From Octopus sinensis (lineage: Eukaryota): DNA of 64,000 nucleotides. The notes under the pieces were generated by a model. The model searched no databases and had not been told where the DNA came from. It saw only the letters and a program-made list of their open reading frames with translations. Both the position numbers and the translations under genes were made by a program. Shown here piece by piece: positions 1 to 12,900 of this stretch; positions within the stretch are counted from its first letter, which is position 1; each line of letters opens with the position of its first letter. The stretch spans positions 212,226,001-212,290,000 of the forward strand of contig NC_042997.1 of NCBI RefSeq assembly GCF_006345805.1, written 5' to 3'.

Positions 1-225
1 TTTACTGCTAAAATATTTCAGGAAGCTTGAAATGTTTTAGTTTCTCCTCTTCACAAATTCGCACACTTAATCACTTTCCTATTTTGAGTGAGGGAGTAAT
101 AACAGTGCAGTGACTTGTACTTTTAAACTGTAAACTATTTATAAAGTACTTGAATGACAACCGCAAACATGAACTGCTGTTGAAGATGTGCGTCTGAATG
201 ATGTCACTCACTTGAGTAAATTCAC

Positions 226-800
226 CACCATCATCATCATCATCATCGTTTAACATCCGCTTTCCATGCTAATATGGGTTGGATGATTTTGACTGAGGTC
301 TGCCGAACCAGATGGCTGCACCAGGCTTCAGTCTTGATCTGGCAGAGTTTCTACAGCTGGATGCCCTTACTAATGCCAACCACTCCGAGAGTGTAGTGGG
401 TGCTTTTTATGTGACACCGGCACGGAAGCCAGTCAGGCGATACTGGCAATGACCTCGCTTGAATCTTTTTACACATGTCACTGGTACAGGTGCCAGTAAG
501 GCGACGTTGGTAATTATCACGCTCGAATGGGGCCATTTTATGTGCCACGGCACGGGGGCCAGTCAGGCGGTACTGGCAATGGCCTCGCTTGAATCTTTTT
601 ACACATGCCACCGGTACAGGTGCCAGTAAGGCGACATTGGTAATTATCACGCTCGAATGGTGTCCTTTTTCATGCCACGGCACGGGGGCCAGTCAGGCGG
701 TACTGGCAATGACCTTGCTCGAATCTTTTTACACATGCCACCGGTACAGGTGCTAGTAAGGCGACGTTGGTAACGATCACGCTCAAATGGTGCCCTTCTA
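226..800 (-). mobile_element. Family A: RTE-like LINE 3' end with about 3 internal ~124-bp tandem modules
   Basis: (GAT)n tail, conserved GGAAAGCGGATGTTAAACG end, GTTGGCATTAGTAAGGGCATCCAGCTGTAGAAAC block and repeated GTGCCACGGCACG modules. Confidence 0.85.
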
Positions 801-1022
801 GGTTAAAAACCAAAATTTTTAGGGCTGTAACGTTCATAAATTTTAAAACATTTTGTAAAAGGTACAGTTTCCTCTACAACAACAAGAAGAAATTGTTGAG
901 AAGCAAAATCTTCAAACAGATTCTAACAGAATTGAAGAAACAACAAATTAGAAGCAGAAATTTAGAATATCAAGAATAAAACATAATTTTTGAAAGAAAC
1001 ATTAAAAAATTAGTTACTTGAA

Positions 1023-1236
1023 CCCTTTTGATACCAATGCACCCAAAACTACCCCTAATTCTATGATGCAAGTTCCTTTCACCAAACCTTTCACCAAAAT
1101 CTAACGTTAATTTTATTTCCTGCATCAGCTTTTAACGACAAAGTTAGTTTACTAAATTTTACTAAATTCTTCAATATTTTCGGAATAAAATTAAATAAAA
1201 ACCATGTATTTCAACAGGAATATGGTAACAAAAGGG
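1023..1236. mobile_element. Decayed piggyBac-type MITE; related copy at about 40956-41170
   Basis: CCCTTTTGATACC...GGTAACAAAAGGG termini; the two copies share a CAGGAATATGGTAACAAA end. Confidence 0.6.
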
Positions 1237-1805
1237 TGTAATGATGAAGATCATGGTTTTATGTGCATTCTTTAAGCAGACAGGAATCTTAAATGGTTTT
1301 ATGAAGCTAGTTTGAAAATACCAGTTAGCTTGTTTTGAGAATAATCAACCATAATATCATAATCTTTGGTGCTAATCAGTATAAGACTGGTTGTTCAGTT
1401 GCTGAATGCAAATTGAACTCAAGAATTCGGTTGAACTTATGGCCAAGGAGAACAACTACCATTATCAGTTGTACTAATAATGTTGACAATAAAAAAAAAA
1501 AAAATCAATACCTTTTTTTTTTAATTATAAATTCTATGTTCAGAAATACAGAACTGGAGAGACATTATTTGGAAATGGAAACTGGTTAAACTCTGTAACT
1601 GCTTTTATTCTGATCACAATTAGTACAAAAGAGTACAAACTAAGATCAGACCCGAGAACTTTAGTTCAATAAATTAACAAATGATCAACTGAGAAGAGTA
1701 GTTTTACAAGTACCAAAATACTAACGAACTTGGCTGGGTTTTATTAGTATTGTCACATTTACTTGTCGGGTATCCTTGGAAATGTCACCATCATTCTGTC
1801 CTCAC

Positions 1806-1854
1806 TGTAAACGTATTAGTACTCCATTCTCAACATCAATAATTGTGCTCTTAC
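1806..1854 (-). CDS. Candidate exon (KSTIIDVENGVLIRL, phase 1): internal exon, terminal exon (stop at 1802-1804) or zero-length recursive site
   Basis: Strong acceptor GTTTCTTTATTTTCAG, downstream donor CA|GTGAGG, and AATAAA about 60 nt after the in-frame TGA. Confidence 0.45.
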
Positions 1855-1994
1855 CTGAAAATAAAGAAACACATAAATACTTAAGGACATGTGTAATAAT
1901 AATATTAATAATAATAATAATAATATTAATAATAATAATAATAATATTAATAATAATAATAATAATAATATTAATAATAATAATTAAAATAATA

Positions 1995-2492
1995 CTTCAG
2001 ACAAAGAACATGCCTCCTCATTGATATGACTGTCCCAATCGAAATAAATGTATCTGTCAAGACCTACCAAAAACTGAGCAAATATAAAGATCTTGAAATA
2101 GAAATCAGCAAAATGTGGAAGCTGAAGACTAAAACAATACCTGTTGTCATAGGTGTTCTGCGAATGATAGCAAAAGGGGCTGATTGCTACCTAACTCAGA
2201 TACCAGGAAACCCCAAAATGGCAGAAACTCAAAAGATAGTGCTCATGGGAACTGCCCATATCCTATGCAAAATACTTTCTATGTAATCTCAAGTGTTAAA
2301 ACAAACCTAATTTTCGTATGTTTTTTTTTAGACATTCACTAGTACAACACTAAATGCAAAACCAAATATATGGCACCCTAGGCATAACACCAACATGAAC
2401 TTCTAACTTGTTGTCTCTTGAGGTCTCTGGGTGAGACTTGGAGCCAACTTGTACAGATGTAAAGCAAAAGTCAAACATAGAATAATAATAAT
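1995..2492 (+). mobile_element. Dong/R4-like non-LTR retrotransposon 3' fragment (restriction-like endonuclease C-terminus plus 3' UTR)
   Basis: KLSKYKDLEIEISKMWKLKTKTIPVVIGVL...LMGTAHILCKILS*; AAT repeats on both sides. Confidence 0.7.
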
Positions 2493-2829
2493 CAGCATGG
2501 TACCAGAGGCTACAGACATTACTTGAGTTTAAAAAAATAATGATAATAATCATGTGGCCAGATATGTTGTGTGGTAAAGCAAATATTGAGAGAGCTGAAC
2601 AATGGTATGAACACAAACCAGAGGGAGTAAAGGAAAACGAACATTACAAAATACTCAGGGATTTTAACATGTGATGTGACCAAATGGTGTTTTTTACATG
2701 TCTTCGGCACAGGAGCCAGTCAGGCAGCACTGGCAATGACAACACTCAAATGGTGTTTTTTACATGCCGGTGGCACAGGAGCCAGTCAGACAACACTGGC
2801 AATGATCACATGACCAGATATCATGCTCA

Positions 2830-3301
2830 TCCATCATCATCATCATTTAACGTCCGTTTTCCATGCTGGCATGGGTTGGGAGGTTTGACTGGGAACTGGC
2901 AAGCCAGGAGGCCGTACCAGGCTCCAATCCGATCTGATAATGTTTATACAGCTGGATGCCCTTCCTAATGCCAACCACTCTGAGAGCGTAGTGGGTGTTT
3001 TTTATATGCCACCGACATGGGAGCCAGTCAGGCGGCACTGGCAATGACCCATGCATGAATGGTGCTTATTATGTGCCACCAGCACAAGAGCCAGTCAGGC
3101 GGCACTGGCATTGGCCACAACTACAATTTCCACTTTTGATTGCGATTTGATTTTACTTTACTCCATAGGTTTCCTCAAGCACGGTGTGTCACCCAACGAT
3201 TCAAAGGTACTTTTTAAATGTGCTGGTTATGCGACACTGGTACAGGCTATGGCTCACTTTACATTCTGGGTCTTCTCAATCACAGCATATCCCCATAAAG
3301 A
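2830..3301 (-). mobile_element. Family A long copy including the LINE ORF end (SLWGYAVIEKTQNVK*)
   Basis: Same 3' end as the other copies; 3301-3254 encodes an RTE-like C-terminus that matches 47558-47496. Confidence 0.75.
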
Positions 3302-3745
3302 TGAATAAGAAGTAAAGATTATAGATGTTGCAATCACAGGCGATTCAAGGGTGAAATGTAAGGAATGAGAAAAGATTGAGAAATACTAACCACTGCAGGA
3401 TGGGGCAGGAAAGTTAAGGGACACGAGGAAAGTAATGGCGATACTGGTAGTAATTGGAGCATTAGGACCAGTTTCCAAGGGTTTTGAAAAACATTAAGAA
3501 TATTGGAGCCGCTGTCAGGTTCGAGGTGATCTAAAAGACAGCATTGTTGGATACAGCTCGCATTCTAAGGAGAGTATTGTCTCTTTGAATTAGAGGAGAG
3601 GGAACCACTTGAAACCTTTGGTGATTTGTTATTGCCTACTTTCAAGCAAAGAATAATTGGTAATTAAGAACTATCTGAGAGTCTTTCAGAATAACAACAA
3701 CAATAATAATAATAATGATAATAATAATAACAACAATAATAACAA
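3302..3745 (+). mobile_element. Dong/R4-like 3' fragment, decayed
   Basis: IDVAITGDSRVK...VIGALGPVSKG...TARILRRVLSL*, ending in (AAC/AAT)n. Confidence 0.7.
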
Positions 3746-4247
3746 CTAGCTGGACCTGTGAAAACTTCATGGAAAACATAAAAATTGTAAGCATCAGTAA
3801 ATAGAGACTTTATTTAATAACCACTGAATAATTATGTATAAGCAGGACCCTGGGAAATGGTATGAAATACCAAAAATGTAAGCATCTTTAGTGACCATAT
3901 TTAAGCGTGGAATAATTTTTGTTATTTTAGTGTTATACTATTAATAATCATAAATTTTTAGAGAAATAATTTGATATTTTTGAAATTCGACCGTTCATCT
4001 AAATACACACTGCACAATGCTCACTTCCAGAACCCCAAGCGTGAGTGTTGAAGGTTTTTTTTTTTTTTTAACTGGTAGCACCTGTAGGCAGTGAGTCCCC
4101 CCCCCCCCAGGAGTTTTCTTGTCCAGCTAACTGGCCTGAGTGTTGTTTGCAATTGACTGTGTTGAATTGGGGGTTGCTTCCCGAAGAAAGCAGTGAAGTA
4201 TCCTGTGCTGAGGGTTGAACACGATTAGACTGAATTGCTGTCACTGC

Positions 4248-4626
4248 CTGTTTGCTTGTTGAGCGAAGTGGTCTTCATCCCACTGTAGTGGCAGAAGTCC
4301 GAAACGTGGTGCTTTGCTATTCATAAGACCCGCAGAAGAGAAAGCAGGTCAACCCCCGACACCGAGAGCATCGACGGATGGATGAATGCGTATCCAGGCT
4401 CAGCAGTTGCGTAGGAAGTCGAGGACAAGAAACAGGAAGAAAGAGTGAGAGAAAGTTGGAGCGAAAGAGTACAACAGGGGTCGCCGCCACCACCCCCTGC
4501 CGGAGCCTCGTGGAGCTTTAGGTGTTTTCGCTCAATAAACACACACAACACCCGGTCTGGGAATTGAAACCACGATCCTCTGACCGCGAGTCCGCTGCCC
4601 TAACCACTGGGCCATTGCGCCTCCAC
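4248..4626 (-). mobile_element. Family E tRNA-headed SINE with perfect TSD
   Basis: A box TGGCCCAGTGGTT, B-like GGTTTCAATTCCC and 13-bp TSD TTGCTGTCACTGC (4235-4247, 4627-4639). Confidence 0.8.
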
Positions 4627-5037
4627 TTGCTGTCACTGCTGCAGATTATGAAGGTGGTAGTGATGCTGGCTGGTGCGATTTTGTGATTTGATGGTATGGT
4701 GGGGAGGGGTGGGTGGCTGGAAGAGAGATCCAATGGACGCCCAACTGGTTCTCTGGTCTTGAAGGTGTAATGGTGGAGCTAGCTGGGATGGTGATGGTAG
4801 TTGGTGCTGGTGAACTGGCAGAATCGTTAGCACACCAGGCGAAATGCTTAGTGGTATTTCGTCTGCCTCTACGTTCTGAGTTCAAATTCCACCGAGGTCA
4901 ACTTTGCCTTTCATCCTTTGCCAGTTATGCACTGGCGTCGATGTAATTGACTTAATCCGTTTGTCTGTCCTTGTTTGTCCTCTCTGTGTTTAGCCTCTTG
5001 TGGGTAATAAAGAAATAGGTCTTCCTCACAGCACTTC

Positions 5038-5355
5038 ATCATCATCGTTTAACGTCCGTTCTCCATGCTAGCATGGGTTGGATGGTTCGACCGGGGATCT
5101 GGGAAGCCAGGAGGCTGCACCAGGCTCCGGTCTTATCTGGCAATGTTTCTACAGCTGGATGCCCTTCCTAACGCCAACCACTCCGTGAGTGTAGTGGGTG
5201 CTTTTTACATGCCACCTACACTGGTGCCAGGCGAGGCTGGCATCGGCCACGGTCGGATTGGTGCATTTTACGTGCCACCGGCACGGAAGCCAGTCGATGC
5301 GGCACTGGCTTCGGCCACGATTCGGATGGTGCTTTTTACGTGCCACCGACCACAC
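5038..5355 (-). mobile_element. Family A copy
   Basis: Near-identical to the copies at 8020, 14418 and 33695. Confidence 0.85.
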
Positions 5356-5399
5356 CACATTCTTGGCCTTGTCTGTGAGTGTGACTGAGTGTCATAACT

Positions 5400-5728
5400 C
5401 TTACTTTGATATTGCTCATAGCTCGTGTGCTTGAAAATGTGACAAATATATATTTGGCCATGAGAAAATACCGGTTGAGGCAAATGTATTCCAACTTTTC
5501 CAAATGTCTGCCCTTGAGTCTTGTTGTCATTGAATATGCAAATCAAAGAGGAAACTGAAGAATGGAAAGTTTGCATCATTTGGGCTAAGTTTAATTCTGG
5601 GAATTGGAACTGTACGACCTCTGTTGCAGCCTGTTACCATTGATGCCTGGACATAATGTTCACTGAAGTCTTCGCGCCTTCATGCGAGTTCCATTACATA
5701 ATGCTTGACTGATGAATAGACTTCTTAA
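5400..5728 (-). mobile_element. Helitron Pif1-like helicase C-terminal relic
   Basis: Frameshifted LCNGTR...PIPRIKLSP...NKTQGQTFGKVGIHLPQPVFSHGQIY matches Helitron helicase motifs. Confidence 0.8.
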
Positions 5729-5887
5729 CAGCAGAAACAATAATCTCTGCCGTCTGTTGCTTTGCCGCTCACTTCAACCGTTCCTCTTCTGCTTAACTAA
5801 CGCCCTTTATTTGTCTATTTTTTTTCTTCTTTGTACCTCTCTCTTCAACTGTAAAAAAGCTGCAGTAATAGTCACAGCTATTTGATG

Positions 5888-6062
5888 AGAGAGAGAGAGA
5901 GAGTGTGTGAGAGAAAGAGAGAGAGTGTGTGAGAGAAAGAGAGAGAGTGTGTGAGAGAAAGAGAGAGTGTGTGTGTGAGAGAGAGTGAGAGAGAGAGAGA
6001 GTGTGTGAGAGAGAGAAAGAGAGAGTGTGTGTGAGAGAAAGAGAGAGAGTGTGAGAGAGAGA
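5888..6062. repeat. (GA)/(GT) compound minisatellite
   Basis: Units of about 20-22 bp, GAGAGAGAGTGTGTGAGAGAAA. Its left flank is repeated in diverged form at about 7270-7370. Confidence 0.9.
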
Positions 6063-6579
6063 AAGAATTTCTTTATTCACCATAAGGTTGAGAAAAAGAG
6101 GGGACGATACAGGACAGACAAAACAAACATTGGGGTCAGGGTATCGAATGAGACGAAACGTATGAATAAACAAACAATTAAAATATATACAATTAAATGA
6201 GAATGAGTGAATAACAAAAAATGAAGCGGAGGACGCAGTTGACCCCACAAACCACATACTCACACTGAACACTTTGCTTTCTCCTTTTTCACATTCTCGT
6301 TTAAACAGGTTCTTTCACTCGCAACATACTTGCTATAGACTTTGCGACCGGCATTTCTTCTCCGGCCTTATTTCCCGTTTCATGTGCAAAACAAAAAAAG
6401 TCGATTAGCTGGAGACTGGAGGAGAGGCCGACAAACAGAATGAGAGTCAGGCAACATTTCTCTTTGCAATTTCCAGATTTTCAACTGCTTTATCATATAT
6501 TGCGGAAAAGGTAAAGTTTTGCAGCGTTTTGTCTACAACAATATGAGAACGGGTTTCAGGTGTAACTTCGGTATACGTA

Positions 6580-6811
6580 AGGCGGCGAGCTGGCAGAAAC
6601 GTTAGCACGTCGGGCGAAATGCTTAGCAGTATTTCGTCTGCGGTTACGTTCTGAGTTCAAATTCCGCCGAGGTCGACTTTGCCTTTCATCCTTTCGGGGT
6701 CGATAAATTAAGTACCAGTTACGCACTGGGGTCCATGTAATCGACTTAATACCTATGTCTGTCCTTGTTTGTCCCCTCTGTGTTTAGCCCCTTGTGGGTA
6801 ATAAAGAAATA
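6580..6811 (+). mobile_element. Family C tRNA-headed SINE, tail type C1
   Basis: Head GGCGGCGAGCTGGCAGAAACG, B box GAGTTCAAATTCC, core GTCGACTTTGCCTTTCATCCTTTCGGGGTCGATAAA and TSD GGTATACGTA. Other C1 copies lie at about 4805-5020, 26790-27032 (-), 31528-31760, 36117-36325 (-) and 39290-39523 (-). Confidence 0.85.
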
Positions 6812-7889
6812 GGTATACGTACTGGATTCATTTGTGGGTAGTAAAGAAATAGTATTTTTTTTTATATGTATGGTGGAGTGGGGAAGAAAAGGGTTACTGT
6901 TATCTTCAGAAATGTAAACAAAGCCACTTCCGGTACCTATACCGAAGGATCGCCCAATTTCATTCTGTTTCCCCATTATTCTCTATCCACTCCCTCCCTT
7001 CACTCAATCTCTCTAACTCTCTGTCTTTCCCCTCCCTCCTCCTCTATGTCTTCTTGCCTCTCACCCATCGTTCAGCAGTAAGGAAAGGTAAAAATAATAT
7101 CCAACATTTGCGGGGGGGGGGGGATTGTCTTTGATGTAACAATGTGTCGGTGTATCTATGGATCTGATAAACCTTTAAAAACAGGAAACAAACGCCATCT
7201 TCCTTTCAGTCATCACTCACTGTCTGTCTGTTTGTCTGTCATATCTCTCACTTTGCCCTTCCCTTCTACTACACCTCCACTGCTTAACACCTTTCATTTC
7301 TCTTTATCTTTGTACCTCTGCCCTCAACTGTAGAAAAGTAACAGTAACATCCAGTTATTTGAGGGGAGAGAGAGAGAAAGAGAGAGGGAGAGAGAGAGAG
7401 GGAAGAGGGGCAAAGAGAGAGAGAAAACAGACAGACAGAGGGAAGAGGGATAGAGAGAGACAGAGAGAAGAAGAGAGAGAGAGAGAGGGGGAAGAGGAGG
7501 AGAGAGAGACAGAGAGTGTTGTTCATTTTCTTTGGCGCTTTGCCTCTCATTTCCACCATACTTCTTCTGCTGAACAAGTTTTATTTCTCTCTTTTGACGT
7601 CTTCCTTTGAAGTGTGACACACATCACAGGTACATAACGTAAAAAGAAAAATTAGCATTTTAATATTTAGGATAATAATCCTTTCTACTAAAGGCACAAG
7701 GCCTGAAATTTTGGGGGACCACCCCCGCCACAAATGATCGACTGGAACTTGATTTATTGACCCTAAAATGATGAAAGATAAAATCAACCTTGGTGGAATT
7801 TGAACTCAGAATGTGAAGACAGGCGAAATGCCACTAAGCATTTTGCCAGACGTGTTAACAACTCTGCCAGCTCACAACCTTAGATAATA

Positions 7890-7921
<32 letters not shown>

Positions 7922-8019
7922 AATGGTTGTGATAACAAAACAATACAAAAAGTAACCGAAAACCTGAAACAGAAGCATTTATATGTTCAGTGTGGGAACA
8001 AGCATTGAGAAGAGACTAC

Positions 8020-8275
8020 ATCATCATCATCATTGCTTAACGTCTGTTTTCCATGCTAGCATGGGTTGGACGGTTCGACCGGGGATCTGGGAAGCCAGAA
8101 GGCTGCACCAGGCTCCAGTCTGATCTGGCAGTGTTTCTACAGCTGGATGCCCTTCCTAATGCCAACCACTCCATGAGTGTAGTGGATGCTTTTTACGTGC
8201 CACTGGCACAGGTGCCAGGGGAGGCTGGCAACGGCCACGATTGGTTGGTGATTTTTATGTGCCACCGGCACAGGC
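8020..8275 (-). mobile_element. Family A copy
   Basis: (CAT)n followed by the conserved family A body. Confidence 0.85.
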
Positions 8276-8419
8276 AGAGAACTGACCAATCAGCAGAATC
8301 TGACAGAGGCAGAATTTGTGGTGAAAATGGAGAAGACTGCATGGCATCTTTTAAGTGAATGCAGTAAAATGAGTCAGGAAGATAAGAGAAGAGATGTGAA
8401 TGTCAGCAGAATGCTTTAA

Positions 8420-8885
8420 AGAGAATTATGCAACAAGTTGGGATTGGAAAAGAGAAGAGAATGGTAAAAGATGGACCAAAGCATGTGGTAGAAAATAACA
8501 GAGCAAGAATAATTTGGAACTTTATGATGCATTGTGACGATGGAATTGAATTTCAGAAACTTGATTTGGATTGGTTTGGACAAGGAAGAAAAATCTTGCC
8601 TGATCATAGGATCATAGACATTACTTGCCGTAACAACAGTAGACTTGCTGAAAAAGAAGGAAAACTGACGTGATACGAATCTGAAGACAGAAATCAAAAA
8701 CTTGTGGTCAATGAAAAAGGTGCATATTGGATCACTAATTGATGGTGTTCTAGGGAGAGTGAGTAAAAAAGAAAAAAAAAAAAATGGTTGGAAATGAGTA
8801 AAAGGAAAATGAAAATGGAGCACATCCAGAAAACAGCATTACTTGGGAGTAGAAGGAGTTTCTGCCAGGTTGCTGATACTCAAAA
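8420..8885 (+). mobile_element. Dong/R4-like endonuclease fragment, decayed
   Basis: PKHVVENNRARIIWNF...IIDITC...EHIQKTALLGS. A further short piece lies at 42650-42895 (VPVIVGALGT). Confidence 0.65.
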
Positions 8886-9848
8886 AGACAAGTGAACGAC
8901 TGGTACAGTAATGACACCTTCAATAACAAGCTTAACCACACAGCCATGCCTGTACTTACACTTCCCAATAAATTATATGTGCATATGTGTGGAGAGAGAG
9001 AGAGAGAGGTAAGCAAGACTTCATTCAATACAACAGAACTTAAGAAAAAAACAAGGGTGTAATACAAAATCGAATTTTCTTCTTTAATCAATACTCTTTC
9101 ACTGGTCGAGTGGGTCAAATATCTCATAATCTCCAAAGCCGATTCTATTACTTGATGGTTGTTTAGTCCAGGGTATCTGGCATTCAGTGGAACTTTCAAT
9201 AAATGATTTGCAGCAATTCCTGTCTTCTAATTTTTACCTGACACATTAGCTCCAAGACTAGATCCTTTACTGTGCAAAGTGTGATTGAAGGGAGGTTTGG
9301 CTGCTATTTCTAGTAAGTCAAGCAACAATGTAAAACACTGTTTTATCGGGTCAGTACCTAGCTCCTTTGATATTGTTTTGATTAGATCTGTTCCGTTAAC
9401 ACCACAATTTTGTGTGTGAATAACTCAAACATTATGAATCTTTGCCTCATGAAAATGATTTAGTGTTGCACCCTGGCAAATTGGCTCTCTACAAAACTGG
9501 TGTCAATGTGGACACACAGACATATTTAAATCCAAACAACAAACGATTCACTGTACCACTTGTAAGAAAGTGCACTGACACATTTCAATTGAAAGACTTA
9601 TTTTTCTCTTTATGGCTTCTATGTATGACCACAGCCACAGCAGTGGCAAGTTTGCAGAATTTCTATTTCACACATAAGACTTACATAAATATCAACCATT
9701 ACAATTGGAGATTAAATTAGGATTTATAGCAAAGAAAAATGAAAAAGTTTATTCTCAAGTTTAGCTGCTAAAATACTTTGAAAACAATAAAACTGTGTTG
9801 GGTTGCAGAAAAAGGCGAGGGGGATTTTATGATTATTTTATTATCATA

Positions 9849-10236
9849 GGCTCAGGAGTGGCCATGTGGTAAGTAGCTTGCTTACCAACCACATGGTCAT
9901 GGGTTCAGTCCCACTGTGTGGCACCTTGAGCAAGTGTCTTCTACTATAGCCTTGGGCCGACCAAAGCATTGTAAGTGGATTTGGTAGACGGAAACTGGAA
10001 GAAGCCCGTCGTAGATGTATATATATATGTGTGTGTATGTTTGTCCCCCCCCCAACATTGCTTGACAACCAATGGCGGTGTGTTTATTTCCCCATAACTT
10101 AGCAGTTCGGCAAAAAAGACCGATAGAATAAGTACTGGGCTTACAAAGAATAAGCTCTGGGATCGATTTTCTCAACTAAAGGCGGTGCTCCAGCATGGCC
10201 ACAGTCAATTGACTGAAACAAGTAAAAGAATAAAAG
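9849..10236 (+). mobile_element. Family B tRNA-headed SINE with a CORE-like block and internal (TA/TG) microsatellite
   Basis: A box TGGCCATGTGG, B box GGTTCAGTCCC, GCACCTTGAGCAAGTGTCTT block and TAAAAGA tail repeats. Confidence 0.85.
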
Positions 10237-11422
10237 AATCCCCAACATATACCTGTTTTCCATGCTGGCATGGGTTGGACAGTTTGACAAGAGTTGGCAA
10301 GACCAGGAGCTGTACCAGGCTCAATTTGTCTGAACTGGTACGGTATGTATGGCTGGATGCCCTTCCTAATGGCAACCACTGGCTGCTTTTTATGTGGGAC
10401 TGTCACTGACAGGATAACCAACTGCCTTGCAAGGCAAAAACTGAAAAAGTGTCAGAACCCTTTCAACGGCAAGGTTGGGGAGTAGTTTCGAGTGGTGGTG
10501 GTGGCCAGTTGAGAGATTGGAGATATCAAGGGAGAAAGAAGGGTGTCTAGTAAACCCTGACAACGTGGCACCAGGATCAGGCACCAAACAGCAAGGGACA
10601 AACATTACGAGTCTAATGACATTAGTTCTTTGAGGAGAAATATTTCCATGTCACTGAAGGTCACGGAAATGGATTGTTTTGTGATACGTTGGAGTTTATA
10701 TGGGGTCAAACTGCGCAGTAGGGGCCCATAAAGGCATCTGTATTGTTGTTTTGCCTTTTGTCTCCTATTTAAACATCAGCTTGAAAACAAAAATAACGCA
10801 ATACAATAAACTGCTTGTTGGTTTTAATCACGAACAATAAGGACAATAGCAACAGCATGACAAAGGACAGAGATATCTGTTGTTGTACTCAAGAAGACCC
10901 ATCCTCCACAGCAGAAGTGTTAATGTGCTGCCCCCCCTACCCCCCCACAGACGAAGAGAATTGGCCTACAAGTGCCCTGTGCCGGTGCCACATGAAAAGC
11001 ATTTGGGTTGGCACCGCATAAAGGTGTTTGTGCTGATGCCATGTTAAAAGCACCCAGCACACACTGTAAAGCAGTTGGGGTTAGGAAGGGCATCCAGCCA
11101 TAGAAAACCATGCCAAACCAGACTGGAGCCTGGTGCAGCTCTCCTACCATGCCAGCCCCAGTCAAGCTGTCCAACCCATGCCAGCATGGGAAATGGACAT
11201 TAAATGATGATGATGATAATGAATAGACTTTGAAATGTGGATAAGTAAATAAACAAAGACTGAATGAACAGCACCTCTACAGGTAGATTATAAAGGATAA
11301 TATAAAGAGGATGTTAAATGACATTGTTAACATTTGTGAGTATTTCTATCAATGCAACAAAGACTGTACCCACACCTGCAGTGTAAGGTAATGTCCAAAA
11401 TAGTGTGGATGTGAGTAATATA

Positions 11423-11824
11423 TTTCTTTATTGCCCACAAGGGGCTAAACAAGGACAGACAAACGGATTAAGTTGATTACATTGACCCCAGTGCGTAACT
11501 GGTACTTAATTTATCGACCCCAAAAGGATGAAAGGCAAAGTCGACCTTGGCGGAATTTGAACTCAGAACGTAACAGCAGACGAAATACCTATTTCTTTAT
11601 TACCCACAAGGGGCTAAACACAGAGGGAACAAACAAGGACAGACATAGGTATTAAATAGATTACATGGACCCCAGTGCGTAACTGATACTTAATTTATTG
11701 ACCCCGAAAGGATGAAAGGCAAAGTCAACCTTGGCGGAATTTGAACTCAGAACGTAACAGCAGACAAAATACCGCTAGGCATTTCGCCCGGCATGCTAAC
11801 GGTTCTGCCAGCTCGCCACCTTCT
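11423..11824 (-). mobile_element. Family C dimer (one head, two body+tail units)
   Basis: 14-bp TSD ATGTGAGTAATATA at 11409-11422 and 11825-11838. Confidence 0.85.
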
Positions 11825-12289
11825 ATGTGAGTAATATACTGTGCAAACATTGATGCTAAGGACAGAGTATAAATTCTGTGAGAGACTCATAAAATATGAA
11901 ATCATGAAAGTCATCAACCAACTCAGTTAATCAAATTATTTCAGCATTGTTTTCTAAAAAAAACTTTTACAGGAAAAAAAGAAAGAAGGAAAGAGATTTA
12001 AATGTTCAGCAGACAATAGAGATTGATCAAGAAGACATAGATTACAGACAGTGATGTTTATTTAACAAATTACAGTATTAAACCATCTTTACTGGAATAT
12101 TGTGAACAGAATAATTTATATGCGGAACACACTGCAACTAATGATTCTTAAATTTATAAAACTTTGAAATGCAATGACAAATGGTCAAGGATAAAAAGGA
12201 GGAGAATGCTCTTCAAACTATTCACTCAATTTAAAATTTATTTCAAATGAAAATCAAATGGAAATTGTAGTTAAGATACCCGTGCCGGT

Positions 12290-12900
12290 GAGACGTTAAA
12301 AGCACCGTCCGGATGTGGCAGATGCCAGCGCCGCCTTACTGGTGTCCATGTCGGTGACACGTAAAAGCACCAACTGATCGTGGCCGTTTGCCAGCCACCC
12401 CTGGCCCCTGTGCCGGTGGCACGTAAAAAGCACCCACTACACTCTCAGACGGTTGGCGTTAGGAAGGGCTGTAGAAACACTGCCAGATCAGACTGGAGCT
12501 TGGTGCAGCCTCCTAGCTTCCCAGACACCGGTCGAATCGGCCAACCCATGATGATGATGATGATGATGATGATGATGTGCTGGTGGCATGTAAAAAGCAC
12601 CATCCGAATGTGGCCAATGCCAGTGCCCCATGACTGGCCCCTGTGCCGGTGGCATGTAAAAAGCACCATCCGAATGTGGTCGATGCCAGATCCGCCTGAC
12701 TGGCTCCCATGCTGGTGGCATGTAAAAAGCACCCATTACTTTCTTGGAGTGGTTGGCACTAGAGAGGGCATCCAGCTGTGGAAACTTGTCACATAAGATT
12801 GGAGCCTGGTGCAGCCACTGGCTCTCCATACCTCAGTCAACCCGTCCAACCCATGCCAGCATGGAAAATGGACGTTAACCAATTATAATGATGATGATGA
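12290..12900 (+). mobile_element. Two tandem family A copies
   Basis: Two (GAT)n tails at about 12550 and 12890, each preceded by GTCCAACCCATG-type ends. Confidence 0.85.

Noticed and set aside
4550-4627. tRNA-like sequence (also at 38450-38525 and all B/C heads)
   Set aside because: SINE heads with TSDs and long bodies; no complete cloverleaf
8750-9199. 149-aa minus ORF (KVPLNARYPGLNNHQ...)
   Set aside because: Its C-terminal part overlaps a GA tract and the antisense of a Dong-like relic, and its splice signals are weak. The unique part cannot be excluded as an exon.
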